DNA from: Azolla caroliniana
Taxonomy: Eukaryota > Plantae > Polypodiophyta
Direction of reading: 5' to 3'
Length of the DNA stretch: 64,000 nt
Assembly (NCBI GenBank): GCA_043228905.1
Contig: JBHGNT010000001.1
Coordinates: 1,736,001-1,800,000 of the forward strand
The notes beneath the pieces were generated by a model. It ran no database searches, was not told the DNA's origin, and saw only the letters and a program-made list of their open reading frames with translations. Shown piece by piece: positions 12,901 to 26,400 of the stretch (its first letter is position 1; each line of letters starts with the position of its first letter). A program made the position numbers and the translations under genes.

Positions 12901-15900
12901 GTCACTAATGCTCACTGAACCGATTCTCGTGGCTTCCACTAAATGATGTTGTAAATCTGCAGATAGATATTGATTCTTCATATTACTACTATCCAAGCGG
13001 CTGATAAGAGCTTGTAAAAGCTCTCTATCATTAGAATACAAATCCAAAGACTCTTGTAAGACGATATCAAATCCTTTCACTAGCATATTAGTTGAATTCT
13101 CCGAAGATTTGTTTGTATGTTGGTGATTTCTTCCAAGAGTAGCCCAGATAGTAGCACCGGATCGATACTCATTTGCACCTGTTGTCTGCCAATTATCAAA
13201 TCTAAATTTTCCTGTTTCTCTTACTGCATCGGATAGTATTGTTATTTTAGATTTGGAGAGCACAGAGATGTCAAGAATAAGAACTCCTCCTTTAGCTAAA
13301 TCAAGTTGTCCTGCATATAAAATTTGTGTGTCTCCTGAGGAATCTTCTTGCTTTAACTTCGACTCAAGCTTATTATTAAACATGCCTTCTGAACCATACA
13401 CACTTCTGGAAGCATATAACCCTGCTGCTTGAAACGAGCTCATTGACATAGCAGAAGGAAAACCTTCAGTAGAAATAAGTATATGGATCTGTTTCCTAAT
13501 TGAGCTGAAAGGAGAAGCGGCTATTTTCTGTCCAGATGCAGAAAGAAGACTAAAGTGATTGAAGCACTCAGGCATATTCTGACTTTGATCAGATTTAATG
13601 GGATTAACGTTCAGGTTGCTTGATACCAGGCTTAGCAGAAGAGACACGGGTAAAAGCTTTGGCCATACCTCATATGTATTACGGCCATGACATATGGCCT
13701 TGCAGAGCTTATCCAAGGATACATTAAGACCATCTTTGGTGCTGAAAATCGACCCCTTCTGGAGAGAAGGGGCGGGGAAGACTTTAATAGAATTTAAGTT
13801 GAAAGGTGTGAAGATATTGTTGGCGATGATCTTCACTTCAGCAAAACTATAGCCACTCGGTGGCAAATTTACAGATTTATTGCAAGAAATAGTTGCTACC
13901 ATTGAAGCGTGGCCGATGATTGATACAGAATCTCCTATCTCAAGCTTTCCTGTCAGATCGTCGAAGAGAGAAACCAGGAATGTTGATTGCGAGAAAGGTA
14001 TATCTGAAGCGACGCTTCGCACTGGACCAAGAAGAACTTCCTGTTTTCGACAGAATGAATGGAAAGAGCTTTGATTAACATAGAATACTCATGCGCACTA
14101 TATTGAGGATCATTAGATTATATACACAATTCAATCTTATGACGAGAGGATTTTTTTGTTTTACGACTTGATAGCGGAGAAAATCATGTGATTCAATGTC
14201 TTCAAGGATCCATGTGCGGCAGCACCCAGAAGAAGGAAGCATAAGCTCAGCTCCATAATACAAATCGTAAGTAGATTTGCAGAGTTTGCAAATAAAACGC
14301 TGGCGAAATATAGTGCCAAATCTTCCTTCTGTCAAGGAAGACTGACTTATATATTATCCAGAGATTGAACATGAAAATCAATGAAATCAGAGTAGCATAT
14401 AATAAAAAATTAGTCAAATATTTGCAGTACACAGATATTAGTGTACAAATTAAGCTGCACGAGAAGCCAAAAATATATAGATATGACGCTAATGAAATAC
14501 AGCACAAAATATCCTTTATGAATGATATTGATTAAACAAAGTTAAGCAGGCCATTCACAAAATCTTAACTATGCCGAAATAAAGTAGCTATATCCAGAAT
14601 TTGAAACAAAGATTCAAGAAAACAGATAGAATTTAGACATGGCACTGCCAAAATACTGCACACCGTCATCTGTCAAAGAAGACATATCCAGAGATCGCCA
14701 CCAAAAGAAAATAAAAATGGAGGGAGACATTCAGAGAACTAGCAGACAGAATTCAGATATCGTACTCACGAAAAAATACCGGCACCTTTTATTCTGCCAT
14801 GAAAGTAGACGTTTAATGCTGCGATTGAAACACAAATCAAATGAAGGGCCGGCATATTATAGCTGAGAAGCTAAAGTTGAACACGAGGAAACCGCAACTC
14901 TTCTGCCAAGGATTAAGAAGCATAAATACAGCGAAGTCTCTAGCAATCGTTCCTTGCGGATCGTCTAGGTCAACTCGTTTAGATATAACGATGATAAACA
15001 AAATTTAGTAAAACTTCTGTCAAAATGAATAGGCAATATTATCCAGAGAGGTCGACGCACAAATTAATTATTAAGCAAATGATTCAGAAAAGAGAGACAG
15101 AAACTTCATGTAATGCTGAGGAAAAACAGTAAATTTTATTTTGCTATGGAATCAGACGTGTAACCTAGAGATAGATATATAGCACAAATTAAGCTAAAGA
15201 AAAGACAGAATAAGAATATGTATGATCTCAGGATATGTCCTTCGAATGCTCGATATGGCATACACGATGCCATAAACGTGAACAAGCTGCGATATGCGGG
15301 AATTAGACATGTCCTCGTTGAAGCTGTAACTAGAAGAGGTCAAGTCTACAGAGCGACGATGTAAAGCTTCGACAGGAAGGAGAGGAATGGGAACAGAAGT
15401 GAGACGAATCCAAAGCCGAGAGCCGCGAGCAGGAAGAACAATATCTGACAAACATGAATCATTTACATAAAGCTTCGCTTGGTTCCTGAGCAGAATATCT
15501 GATCGGTACTGATCGTTAGAATTGAGTTGACTAAGAACATGGTCCATTACTTCTGTTGCAAATGTGTCTGGATCTCGTAGAACTGATTCAGCGAGTTCTT
15601 GATCATGGTCTAGAAGTTCCATGGCATCGAGCTCTAGAACGTCTAATTGTTCATCACTGTTCGATAGCTTTTCTGCCAGTATCGCAACCTGTGAGCCACT
15701 CTTGCCGCCATAGCTGGTGCTTCCTGCGTGACTTAGCTGTTGATCTATCCATAGAGCAGCTAAATTCTCCACGATCAAGATTCGATTACTCTGATAACTT
15801 GATGATGGCGTGATAGGGTCATTATTGCTGGTGCATGATCTTGAACTTAGTGAATCATTAAAAAGATTTGGTCTTTTTTCCACAGAATTCTGCTTCTTTT

Positions 15901-16420
15901 CTACAGCTCCAGTAACATGATCAGAAGCAGAAGTAGGCGTAGTTGATATATTGGTCGACAATAAAAACTCTCTTTCCTCATCTTCTAGGTTGTTGGAGAA
16001 TGTCAAGGTGCTGCTGCTACTGAAAGATAATCTGCGTTTTGTTTTCTGTGGAATGTTGGAATGATCACATCTTTCTTCAGAGTAAGAATTGCATTTCATC
16101 GGGAGCTTCTGAAGTAGATCTGAACCAGACCTAATATCTGCTGAGGAATACTGGCGTTTCATCTTCAGCATGTTCTGAATTAATTTTGAGTCAGACCTAA
16201 TTGCTTCTGACAAAGGTTGGCGTTTCATCTGCAACATGTTCTCAATCAGGCCTGAATCGGGCTTTTCTGGTGACGACGAAGAATCTCGTTTAATCTGCAA
16301 TGTCCTCTGAATTAAGTCTGTTGCAGATCTTTCCGCAGCTGACCAATGACGTTTTATTTTCGATTTCTGATAAATGTCTGGATCATTGCGTCTGCTTGCT
16401 GAGGAAGAATGGCGTTTCAT
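9954..16420 (-). CDS. MCMDC2: MCM domain-containing protein 2-like (catalytically degenerate MCM). Exons 16420-15237, 14312-14168, 14040-12730, 12048-11995, 11874-11753, 9960-9954
   Basis: MCM Zn-finger/OB region (FICKLC...CC...RYQEVLL; LxIGDSVSIIG), AAA-like AGQLDLAKGGVLILD, lid ISDSARKLIQSYYLALRR...LLRVAEACARLCL, and DAALAILLCEES. Walker A, Walker B glutamate and arginine finger are absent, as in MCMDC2. All exon joins keep frame. The start codon is uncertain. Confidence 0.8.
12101..12539. repeat. minisatellite, 5 units of ~88 bp, in an MCMDC2-like intron
   Basis: AAAGCTTTACACATAGTTAAGACTG...GAGGCTTGATGATGATGACCATA...ACAACCAATATAATGATGGAGAT repeated five times. Confidence 0.93.
14313..15236 (-). 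other. U12-type (minor spliceosome) AT-AC intron, 924 nt
   Basis: 5' site ATATCCTG at 15236, branch point TTCCTTGAC at 14339-14331, 3' site CAC ending at 14313. Removal joins AGG AC|T ATA TTT (..IRRTIFRQRF..) in frame. Confidence 0.88.
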
Positions 16421-17677
16421 CTGCACATAATCTGATCAATGACTGGACGGTTGTGTCTTTCTATTGAGAAAGGCTGGCGTTCCATCGGCAATATAATCTG
16501 GTCCATGGCTGAATCAGATCGCATCAGATTATACGAGAAAGCATGGCGTTTCATATGCTACTTATCGTGGATTACGGCTGCTGTATATTCATCAGATCAG
16601 ATCGACTTCTTCTGTTGATGGAGAATAATAATGTCATAAATCCATTCGTAACCTGTGAAGATGAAGAGATGATTGGGAAAACGAAGGACATGGCGACTGC
16701 TGCTACCGCTGTTGTCACGAGGTGGAAGATGTAGTATACTCAGTATAGAAGTTAATCTTCTTGTCGGGGGATAGATCTGCAGTTATTGCTCACGGTAGCC
16801 ATAGCCACTTGAGGTTTCTCAGGGCCGTGCCTCCCTGGCATTTCCATACAGCAACGCATCTATTTCTCGGAAAAGTGTGTTCAGGGTTTATAGGTTTTAG
16901 ATGTTTTGTCACGCTCGTATAGGGTTCGCCAGATGTTGATTTGGAACAACGGCTTCTTATGCTCAATTAATCTTCATCTTAGAGCTTGTAAATCCATGTA
17001 GGAAATGTCAAAGTGCATTGCATAAGTTTTCAAGTGTATCTAATGCTAAGATTTTGCAATTGACAGCACAATTAAACAGTGTAAAGTTTGAAATTTCATT
17101 GGTTAAAACTATCGTTGCTAGATTAGATGAGATCTGTTGCGAAATTTTTGATGATGAGAAGGTATGCGCAAGCTTGAATAGTATGTAATGTATTGGAATT
17201 TGGTACTCGGTTCTCGATATGAATAGGGTAGTTGAGTCTTCCTTGGATCTCAATATTCTTGGTCCACTTGTAGAACACCGTATTCTTTGAAATAGCTATG
17301 CAATTTTAGTTGTCACGTTTCTTCTATCGTTTCCCCTCAATCCACATCCCCATTTCATTGTTGAAAAGGTTCCTAAACCACATTACTTCACGTCTCATGT
17401 AGCATACATACCTTGCATGTTATTTCACTAAGGGCATAAAAAATCTTGATTGTTTCCTGTTGGTTCACAAAAAAAAATGGTATCATAGAGCGAATCAAAA
17501 TTTGGAGGCTTGGCCTTCTGTTATTCAAATCTCCCACGTGGGTGGATCACACTAATTTAATCCTTGGCCAAACTTTACGCAAATTTTGACAATGTCCTTC
17601 AAGTATGATAGTATCTTCCTATATCTATTCCAACTTGTTAATGAGTATTTTTCAAAATTTATTTGATAGATAGATAG

Positions 17678-17726
<49 letters not shown>

Positions 17727-17747
17727 ATAATATGCAAAGAGCTTAGA

Positions 17748-18146
17748 TGAGTTGGTAAAGTTGCCCAATGGAGACTAGGAAGTCATGGGTTGAACCCCTA
17801 CATTCCACAATAGCATCTAGTAAATTAAGAGGATATGTATGGAGTAATAAAGGGATGAGAATTTTGGGTTTGCAACCCAACACATAGTGTAAGTAGGTGC
17901 AACAATTTACCACTAGGGTAAGGTAGAGAGAGAGAGAAAGAGAGCCGAGATGGATGTAGCTCACTTGGTAATGTTGCTCAATGGAGACTACGAGGTCATG
18001 GGTTCAGTCACTACTTTCCACAGTGACATCTAGTGAATTAAGAGATATGTATGGAGTATATAATAAAGTGGTGAGAAAATTTGGTTTTGTACCCAAGACG
18101 CAATGCTTGTAGTGTAACAACTTAACTTACCAATAGGGTAAGGTAA
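17748..18146 (+). mobile_element. two tandem tRNA-derived SINE-like repeats
   Basis: Box A-like TAGCTCACTTGGTAA and box B-like GGTTGAACCC/GGTTCAGTCA; shared body (GCATCTAGT...AGGGTAAGGTA); separated by a (GA)n tract; third copy at 33177. Confidence 0.6.
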
Positions 18147-19528
18147 TTACGATAAGAGAGAGAGGATATCTTGTGTCGGTTTTGCCTAGAAGTTGTGATC
18201 CTACCATGAGTGTGTGTGTGAGGAAGGGGATGCACCATAAGTATATATATGATTTAGTGTGCATGTATTGGTATCATATGATTAGATACCAACACCCAAA
18301 CAAAAATATCATTTGTTGATTACATGCATTCGAATCTATTAGTAGTCCTCATCATAAAGTTAACTACATACTTGGACCAAAGGTCCTACAATGTATCTTA
18401 TCGATGGTCCACCTAATGGCCATATTGTGTAAAAATATGGTTTTGACATAGGCATAGGTTTATCTATATGCATGTAACATGAATAATTGTACTCTCAATC
18501 CCATCAATGGTACCATATTAAGGGCACATGGGCCAACATATATATACCATAGTCCATTGGTATGCCAAGCAAGAAGCTATTATATTCAATTGCATATGGT
18601 GACATTGTCAACAGAAGAGAGCATGGCCATCGTAATCACATGAAGTTCCCTACATTGCCTAGGTGCATGCATAAGGGGATATAATGTAGTTTCGTATTCC
18701 ACAACTTGCTGCTTTGAACATATCGAACTTGTGGTTTCGCATGGGGACATCCTACAAGTTGTAAAGCCATGTGGGCCGTAGATTAACCCTTATACTTCCT
18801 CATACAAATGATCAAGTTGTGAGCCTATGCATCCTCCACGTGTACAAGTGTGACTACGAGCCCAGAGTACACACAACACACCCATGGAATTCGATGCGCG
18901 GGGGTACACATGAAAATGTATGCCTGACATAGAGATACAAGGAGAGTGCGATATGTACGTTTCTTGGAATGGGCGATCTATCTGTACTAGTGAATGGGAG
19001 GGAGGTTTGTAGGGTGAAGGAGTCAAAGGCTCGGAAATCATATTGTGTGTGTGTGTGTGTGTGTTGTCTTTGGCCGACATGTGAATGTGGAACACACACG
19101 CAAACGTACAATAATGGTGATTGAATCAATTCCCCGTGTGGCTCTTCACAAGTGACGGAGCCGTCTATTCCCCAACGTCTCCGTTAATTTTCTCTTAACG
19201 GCGAGTGCCCCCCGTCATCGTCATCATCATCATCCTCATCTTCATCTTCGTCTTCTCGATCTGAGAAGAAGCAGTTCTGTTTTCATCGCGTACCCTTCTC
19301 TATCTTCTAGTTTCTCTCTTCAGCCATTTTGTTTCCCTTCTCATTTCCGCAGGCGTTTCCTTCCTCATGAAATTCTGGTGCACTGGAAAAGAAAGAAATA
19401 AAGAGAGAGCATGCGTTTTCCGTAGGTTTCTTCTTCTTCTTCTTTGACATCACAGACCGCTCCTTTTGAAACGTCACAGGGACTTGTGTTCTTCTTCTTC
19501 TTCTTCTTCTTTCAAGAAACGGAATCCC

Positions 19529-19870
19529 ATGACGATCCGAGCAGGTCTATTTCTGCTTCTCCTTTTGCTGTTTTTTGTTCAATTCTGCGAAGCTTCTTTT
19601 GCATCAATTTATTCTTCAGTTCCTGGTGTCTGTAAGAAGCGTAACCTCGAAGATTCTGTTCTGATTGAGGATAATCAGTGCTCTTATCATGATATATATT
19701 TGGTCCACAGAAATTTCCCCTCCTCCTTTGGCGTTTCGGAGGTATGTTCCTACTGCTCCTGTGCGTTTGGATATGTTGTGTTCTAACTCTCCATTTCTCT
19801 CTCTAAGGGGGACATAATGGATAGGCAGTTGGAAAATGTGTTTCGGTGTTTTTTGACATGATATGTTCAA

Positions 19871-19901
<31 letters not shown>

Positions 19902-22900
19902 TCCCTCTCCCTCTCCTGAGATTGAGATAATGGAGAACCATTCCTAGATAGAACCCTGTGTCTGTATTAATGGTCGTAGATCATTGGTAGAAAGTGCAAT
20001 AGAATATTTTGTTGTATACGGTTTTGACAGTGTTATATACTGACGACGCCTTATAATAGTGATTCCAATCCTCTCGTGAAGATTTTTCTTTTTTTCTTTT
20101 GTAGTCGGAGAAGATAAACGAAAACAGTCTTTGCGTGTGGCTGTAAAATATGTGACGGCACCATTATATATTACATATTAAATAGCAGCGAATAACATTC
20201 TTCTACGATGTGCTTAAATAGCTGTTTTTTCTGCTTTAACCTTTGTATTGATTGTGTTTGTGTCATGTGCCATTACAACACTAACAAATGGTTCACAACA
20301 TTCAGCATAATGCTTCTTCTTCGCAGCGAGAAAAACATTGCATTCATGGTTTGGCTTTATATATTTAATGGTTTACAATGTATTCTATACCATTTAGATG
20401 TTTGTCTATTGATCTCGTATTGCAACATTATATAAACTTCATGTAACCCATTCATAATTTCAATACCGTCTGTAATATGTATAACTGATCGTTATGTATG
20501 TGTTTTTTTTGTAATTTCTGCAAAAAAACGTTGTATTGGCTATGTCATTTAGCATAGCGCCATTCTGTATTATATTCCATCCAGAAATCTATTTACCACA
20601 ATTCATCACCGATATAGCCTTCATGAATCGTATGAAATGAGTCTCTATATCATGTATCACGATGCTTTTCAGGATTGCATGCCAAAGCATTGTATCATGT
20701 GTCAATTTATCATGTTCCTATCTGGAAATCTTTTTTGCCACATTAAATAACAGTCTGGTTTAAATAATCTTCATGAAATATTGGTCTCTTCATCATTTAT
20801 GCTTATTTATTGTTCTTTCTTTCTCCTTTCCAGACTAATGGGACAACTCTGGAAAGGTCTTTGCGGATACTTCAAACTAAAGAAACTATGTATGCTGCTG
20901 TTCTCGTATATGCAAAATGGTGTCCATTTTCAAGGGAGTTGAGACCAGTGTTTGAAACTCTTTCTTCTGTGTTTCCTTCAATTTACCATTTTTCAGTGGA
21001 AGAATCAGCTCTCCAACCAAGGTAAAATAAGTATTCCAATCTATGTTTCTAATTACATATGTTGAAATATTTTCCTAATTTGCGATTCAGATGAATCCAG
21101 AAGGATCAATATGCCTTGTTTACATTGAGGATATGATGTAATTGGAGTTGGATGTGTAAGTGGCTCCAACATCAAATACCCAATACCCAATAGACCTTCC
21201 CTAGCTCACGTCTATGTTTACAGACATATGCACTGGTATAATCCTTTCCTCAAAATCAATAGGAGTGATATTCATCCTTCATCCAATAAATATATTGAAG
21301 TAAGTATTGTGATGTAGATGCAAATTTCTCGATTGTCTTTTACTGAAGAGACTGATGAGAAGTTGATAAGTATCATAACCTTGTTTACGGACATATGCAC
21401 TGATATAATCCTTCACTCAAAATCAATAGGAGTGATGTTAATCCTGCCTCCAATAAATAGATTTGAAGTATTGGGAAGTAGATGCAACTTCTTCGACTTT
21501 CTTTTCCTGAAGAGACTGAAAAGTAGTGGATAAATACCATTGCCTTGTTCGTGCATAAAGCAGTGATGCACATGCTGAAATAAGCATAAAGAGTGAAGAA
21601 AGACCTACAATAAACTTTCCTACTGATGCATAAATGGGATCGAGTTTGAAACCTCAATTGGTTTTTTAAATATATGTTTGGGCTTGTATGATTTACTGAT
21701 GCCTTTGCCTTTCATATGTGAAGCTCTCAGTTTGGAGATTTGTGTCACCAATTTGAATGTGTTTTGGTTTATACTTTCGTTAATTGGAATCATGATATCC
21801 CTTTCCTTTTAGATCTTTGTTTTTGAAAAACAATCAAGAGAAATGTGATGGTTTGTTTTATAGCTGCAGTCACATGGGACACATCAGGAAATGAGTATTT
21901 TTTCTTCAGCTGTATTTAAAGGTTCATGAGATAGCTTGACCTTGTTTGTATATGAAGAATTTCAATGGAAAATTGGCTGGTTATATCATTTTTCCTTAGA
22001 TATGTGGGACATACTTCGGGAAATCAACATAGAAGTTGGAAAATAGCTGAACTATGTGACCGCATATTTTGCTTTTATCTGTTGTTTGCCCTACAGCTTT
22101 GTATTTTCATACTTTCAGTGGATCATATTTCTGTGACTACATAATTGTGTAATGGCCTGTCTCTACATAATGAATCGTTAATTTCTAGGAGCATAAGCGT
22201 AAAATCAACCAGCTAAAATTAATGGAAGTTTAAAAATAACTAGCCAAGATGAAGAATGGGTTCAAATGAGATGTTCTACGGGCACATTGAGAATTCATTG
22301 TTTTTATACATTGTAAGTTTTACGTATGTTTTAAAGACGTAAAAGTGTCTAGTTATTTCAGAGTGCAACATTGCAACAGTTTTTACCATGAACCTAAACA
22401 GTTTGCATGCTTTGGATTATTGCCTAAGTTCATTACACAATCTGTAAAGTTCTGAATCTTTTAGATGCTTGATGTCCGGGCTTTTCTGCTTGTTTATCCT
22501 AACGTTGGTTTTTAATTGCAGTGGTTTTTCTTACTATGGAGTTCATAGCTTTCCTGCGCTTTTCTTGCACAACAAGACTGCAAGGGTTCGGTACCATGGT
22601 TCTCGCTCGATTGAAGCCTTGAGCGACTTCTACAAAGAGTTCACAGGTGAGCATCATTTCTACATAGCAAGCATTTATCATTTCTGTGTGCAAAACCATT
22701 CACAATCTCATGACCCATAGCAAACTTGTTTATCATGTTGTGGATTTGTTTCACAGGTTTGCAGCCTCTTGAACTAAATAAAAGAGTTAAGAATCTAGAA
22801 ATAGCTTCAAAAGGTGATTTGTCAACAAAGACGTTCCTAGAGAGTAGAGGATTGCATGATGATATGTTTCTAAGTCTATCCGTTGTCTTCCTGACACTGA

Positions 22901-23202
22901 GGGCTTTCTTTCACATACTACCGAAGTTATTTGCCATTTTAAAGAAGTATTTGACTCGAGAGGGAGCTTCGAGACGAGTTCGTAGGAATCTGTTAGAGAG
23001 AGTTGTGTTCCGAAGGTTTGAGCAAGAAAAAACAGCCAATGGATCTTCCAGACGAGCTAAAGGGAAAAGCCCTAGAAAAGATTTAACACAAGAAACTGGT
23101 AAAGTGTTATTATCTGTACCTGGATGGTCATCGTCATCCCTTGCTGCTGTTGCTCTTGCAGAAGGTAGTTCAAGCCGAGGTGGCACTAAAGAGGATATTT
23201 GA
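19529..23202 (+). CDS. 5'-adenylylsulfate reductase-like (APRL) thioredoxin-fold protein. Exons 19529-19741, 20834-21021, 22522-22646, 22757-23202
   Basis: Signal peptide, [11 protein letters not shown] (WCPFS motif), [11 protein letters not shown]...RYHGSRS, and a C-terminal hydrophobic segment; GT-AG introns keep frame. Confidence 0.9.
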
Positions 23203-23382
23203 TGGTCATTTCTGGGGTTAATTAATGAAGAAGAAACTAATTTCCCTTGTAATATTGTCCGTTTTCCTTTATTTGGAGAATTGGGGAACTCGAGTTTTTC
23301 CTGGTGACATATTTTTTTCTTTTTTTTTTCTCCTTTATAATTGAAACAGGTACATTGTCAGGGATACATAGGGTGAGAGAGT

Positions 23383-23430
<48 letters not shown>

Positions 23431-26400
23431 ATCTTGTAGATATTATCATTTTAAATCATGGAAAAATAGTCTCCACATCTGAAGTGGGGCGTGCTTGTTT
23501 AGGTGCTAAAATTCTTACGCAAACAGTATATAATCTTTGTCTATCTTGCCTTTTGAAATGATCTGGAAGTAGAAAAACCCAATTATTATTCCGAGTGCTT
23601 TTTCCATTTTCATGATTTAGCTACATGAGGCTAAATCCAAATGATTTAGCTGCATAACTTCACTTAGTAAATCAGTAATTTTCCCATTAAAACCTGTATG
23701 TGATTGTTAATGATAAAAAACTCAATTGTTCATTTAGGCGAGTTTTTCCATTTCTCATTATTTAATACGAGGCAACCAAATGATTTAGGTATATGAATTT
23801 TAATATGCGATTTTCAAATTGAAATCTGGTAATGTAGATGTTATATGTGCAACTGTCTATAAGAGTCATTCTGAGTGATCATGAAGCTACTACCTAAAAT
23901 GAACATTATTGGTAGGCTATTGCAGATTTAATGTTGATGGTGTGATGGTACACTAGGAGATATCCTTGCACAGAATTGGGAAATAATTGATAATTGTGAA
24001 GATTGTTCTCGGCATGGTTCTTGTAGTTCTTGTTAAGACCTTACTGTTCCTCGACAATCTTATTTGTGTACATTTTGACGAGACCAAGAATACTATTAAA
24101 GGAAACCTGTGGCGAATGTTTTTGTGTACAGTTATGAGAACAGTGTAATGGGATTATTTTATTGTCTGCTCAAAGAATGGTATCAGACTTGATAATGCAG
24201 AAACAGAAAATGTTAATGAATCAAATTTTTTGCTTGCATGATGATCTGATTTGTGTTGAAATTTTGCTTTAAAAAGATACAGAAAATGTTAGTTTGCATT
24301 GTGAACGAGTCTTGAATTTATTTGTTTGTTTGACTTGTTTCAGTACAATCATATGAATTTGAGTTTCACTCTGCAAAATCTTCCCTTGTATGCAAGGAAA
24401 TCAAAAGATTAAGAACTGTAGTGGTTGAAAGTGTAATGAGGTAAAAGCGCAAGTATTTGTTGGGAAGATTTACCTCTGCAAAACCAGGTCCTTTGAATGC
24501 AAAAAAATCAAAAGATTAAGAACTGTAGTGGTTGAAGTGTAGTAAATTTGGAAGTGGTTGAAAGTATAATGAGGTAAAAGAGCAGTATTTGTTGGGAGGA
24601 ATATGGTAGTTATAGCAGGGCAAGAAAACTGAGCATAGACCAATTTAACATTTGGTTTGAATCACAAATATCTTGTCCAAAAGCTGAAAAAAAAAAACAC
24701 TTTGCAAAATATACGGGTGGTTGATTGAATGTGAATAAGAATTGTTTAAGCTTTATAACAACAATGAGATGAAGCAAAACATTTGGCTTCCAATGACGCA
24801 TGATTGAAAACATTTACCTCTTGTTTGAATGAGCTATGCAAGGTTTTTGAAAAACAAACATTTTGTAAGGTATGTTATGTACACGAATCTATTGGTGAGG
24901 AGACATGGCAATTCCAAATGATCAAGGGTTGTTTAGAACAAAGACGGTTTTCAAATATATAGAAAGGCTAGATTCGTATTTTTTGTAAAACCATGTCAAA
25001 TGAATCAATATGCCATATTTGGCATGCATATCCGTCATGCAAATCACGGACATTATTCTCAAGTCTCAATAACAAGTCATCACAAACTCATTTGCCTTTA
25101 CAAAAACTTCTTCATGAAATTTGCTTACATGAATCCATATTATTGTCAAAGTTGAAGGGATTTAATGCACATTTAGAGATTATTCTACATTGGACCATGA
25201 TATGCAAATGTAGAATCCCAATAAAATGCACTTCCTACTTGTTCTCATAATTAAGAAGCACACTTTTCCAATAATGTGAGTTGACCCCCTGTGCTACGGT
25301 TACACATTGAAGAGTGATCCTCCAACCACTTAGCAAAGAGTGGTACTAGAACAATCTCACATGGGGAAGTGATATGCTCTATAAGACCTTTAGCCAAGCA
25401 TATGTATGGAATGCACTTCTATCATTCATGACTTAGATGTATGTACTCATAAAAGTTTGTATTTTGATACAACCCATTGCATTGTGATCACTAGGAAAAC
25501 AAGTTCTATAGATGTGTTGTGTCTATCTCCAAATAGGTCAAGCACACATGCATTATCCTTTTTCAATATCTTGACCTTTTATTGCCTTTAAATCTATAGT
25601 TGGCATGTTGAATGAATCCATGTGCACGAAATAGTTTGTTAGAGTTATGATAACGCTCAATGTAGCTTTCCAACTTGATAGTGTATCACATCCAAATTGT
25701 GCAATTCCATAGTGAGATAAAGTAGGATGATTATAGGGATGGATGAAATTTGCTAGATTCTTGTGTTTTTGTGTTCAAACTAATAATTTAGTGCGTTCCA
25801 TAAACTTCCTATAATTGATAAATGATTAAACCGTATGGAACCTAAACTTGAGAATAAATTCTAAATATTGGGCATGGTTGCCATTGTGGCTTCATATTAT
25901 TGAAAAGGTAAACTACAATGATGTAAATATGGCAATGGCAGCTAGTGAGAGTAAAGAAAGATGACTTATCTAGAAGAGTAGCGAGTCGAGGATAGCCTAT
26001 AGGCAGAAGATATATATCTTTTTAATGTCCATAGTAGACCAATTCTAGAGATGCGGGGTGCCATAATTTTTTTTAGCGCGAGATATTTGGTTGCGAGGTA
26101 GTTACTTAGAGGAGCCTACTTCAATGATAAAATGATGACTCGTGAGCAATTTCTCTCTTTAGGCACTAAATTATTTATTGAAAATAGGCAAGCCTTCTTC
26201 CATGGTAGTGTCTTGACCTATAATCAATTTCTCTCTTCATGACTAAAACTTTAATGAAGACAATACATTTTTTATGTGATGATAGGGCATAATTGTCCAT
26301 ACCGTTTACCACCCATGTGCATGTGCATGTGCATGTGAATGTTTTGTGTAAAACTGTTTTTTCCTACTAGAAATGCACTCTTGTTGATAAGCGAATTTGT

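Noticed and set aside
21340-21380. Hammerhead core (CTGAAGAG, CTGATGAG)
   Set aside because: No stem II followed by GAAA.
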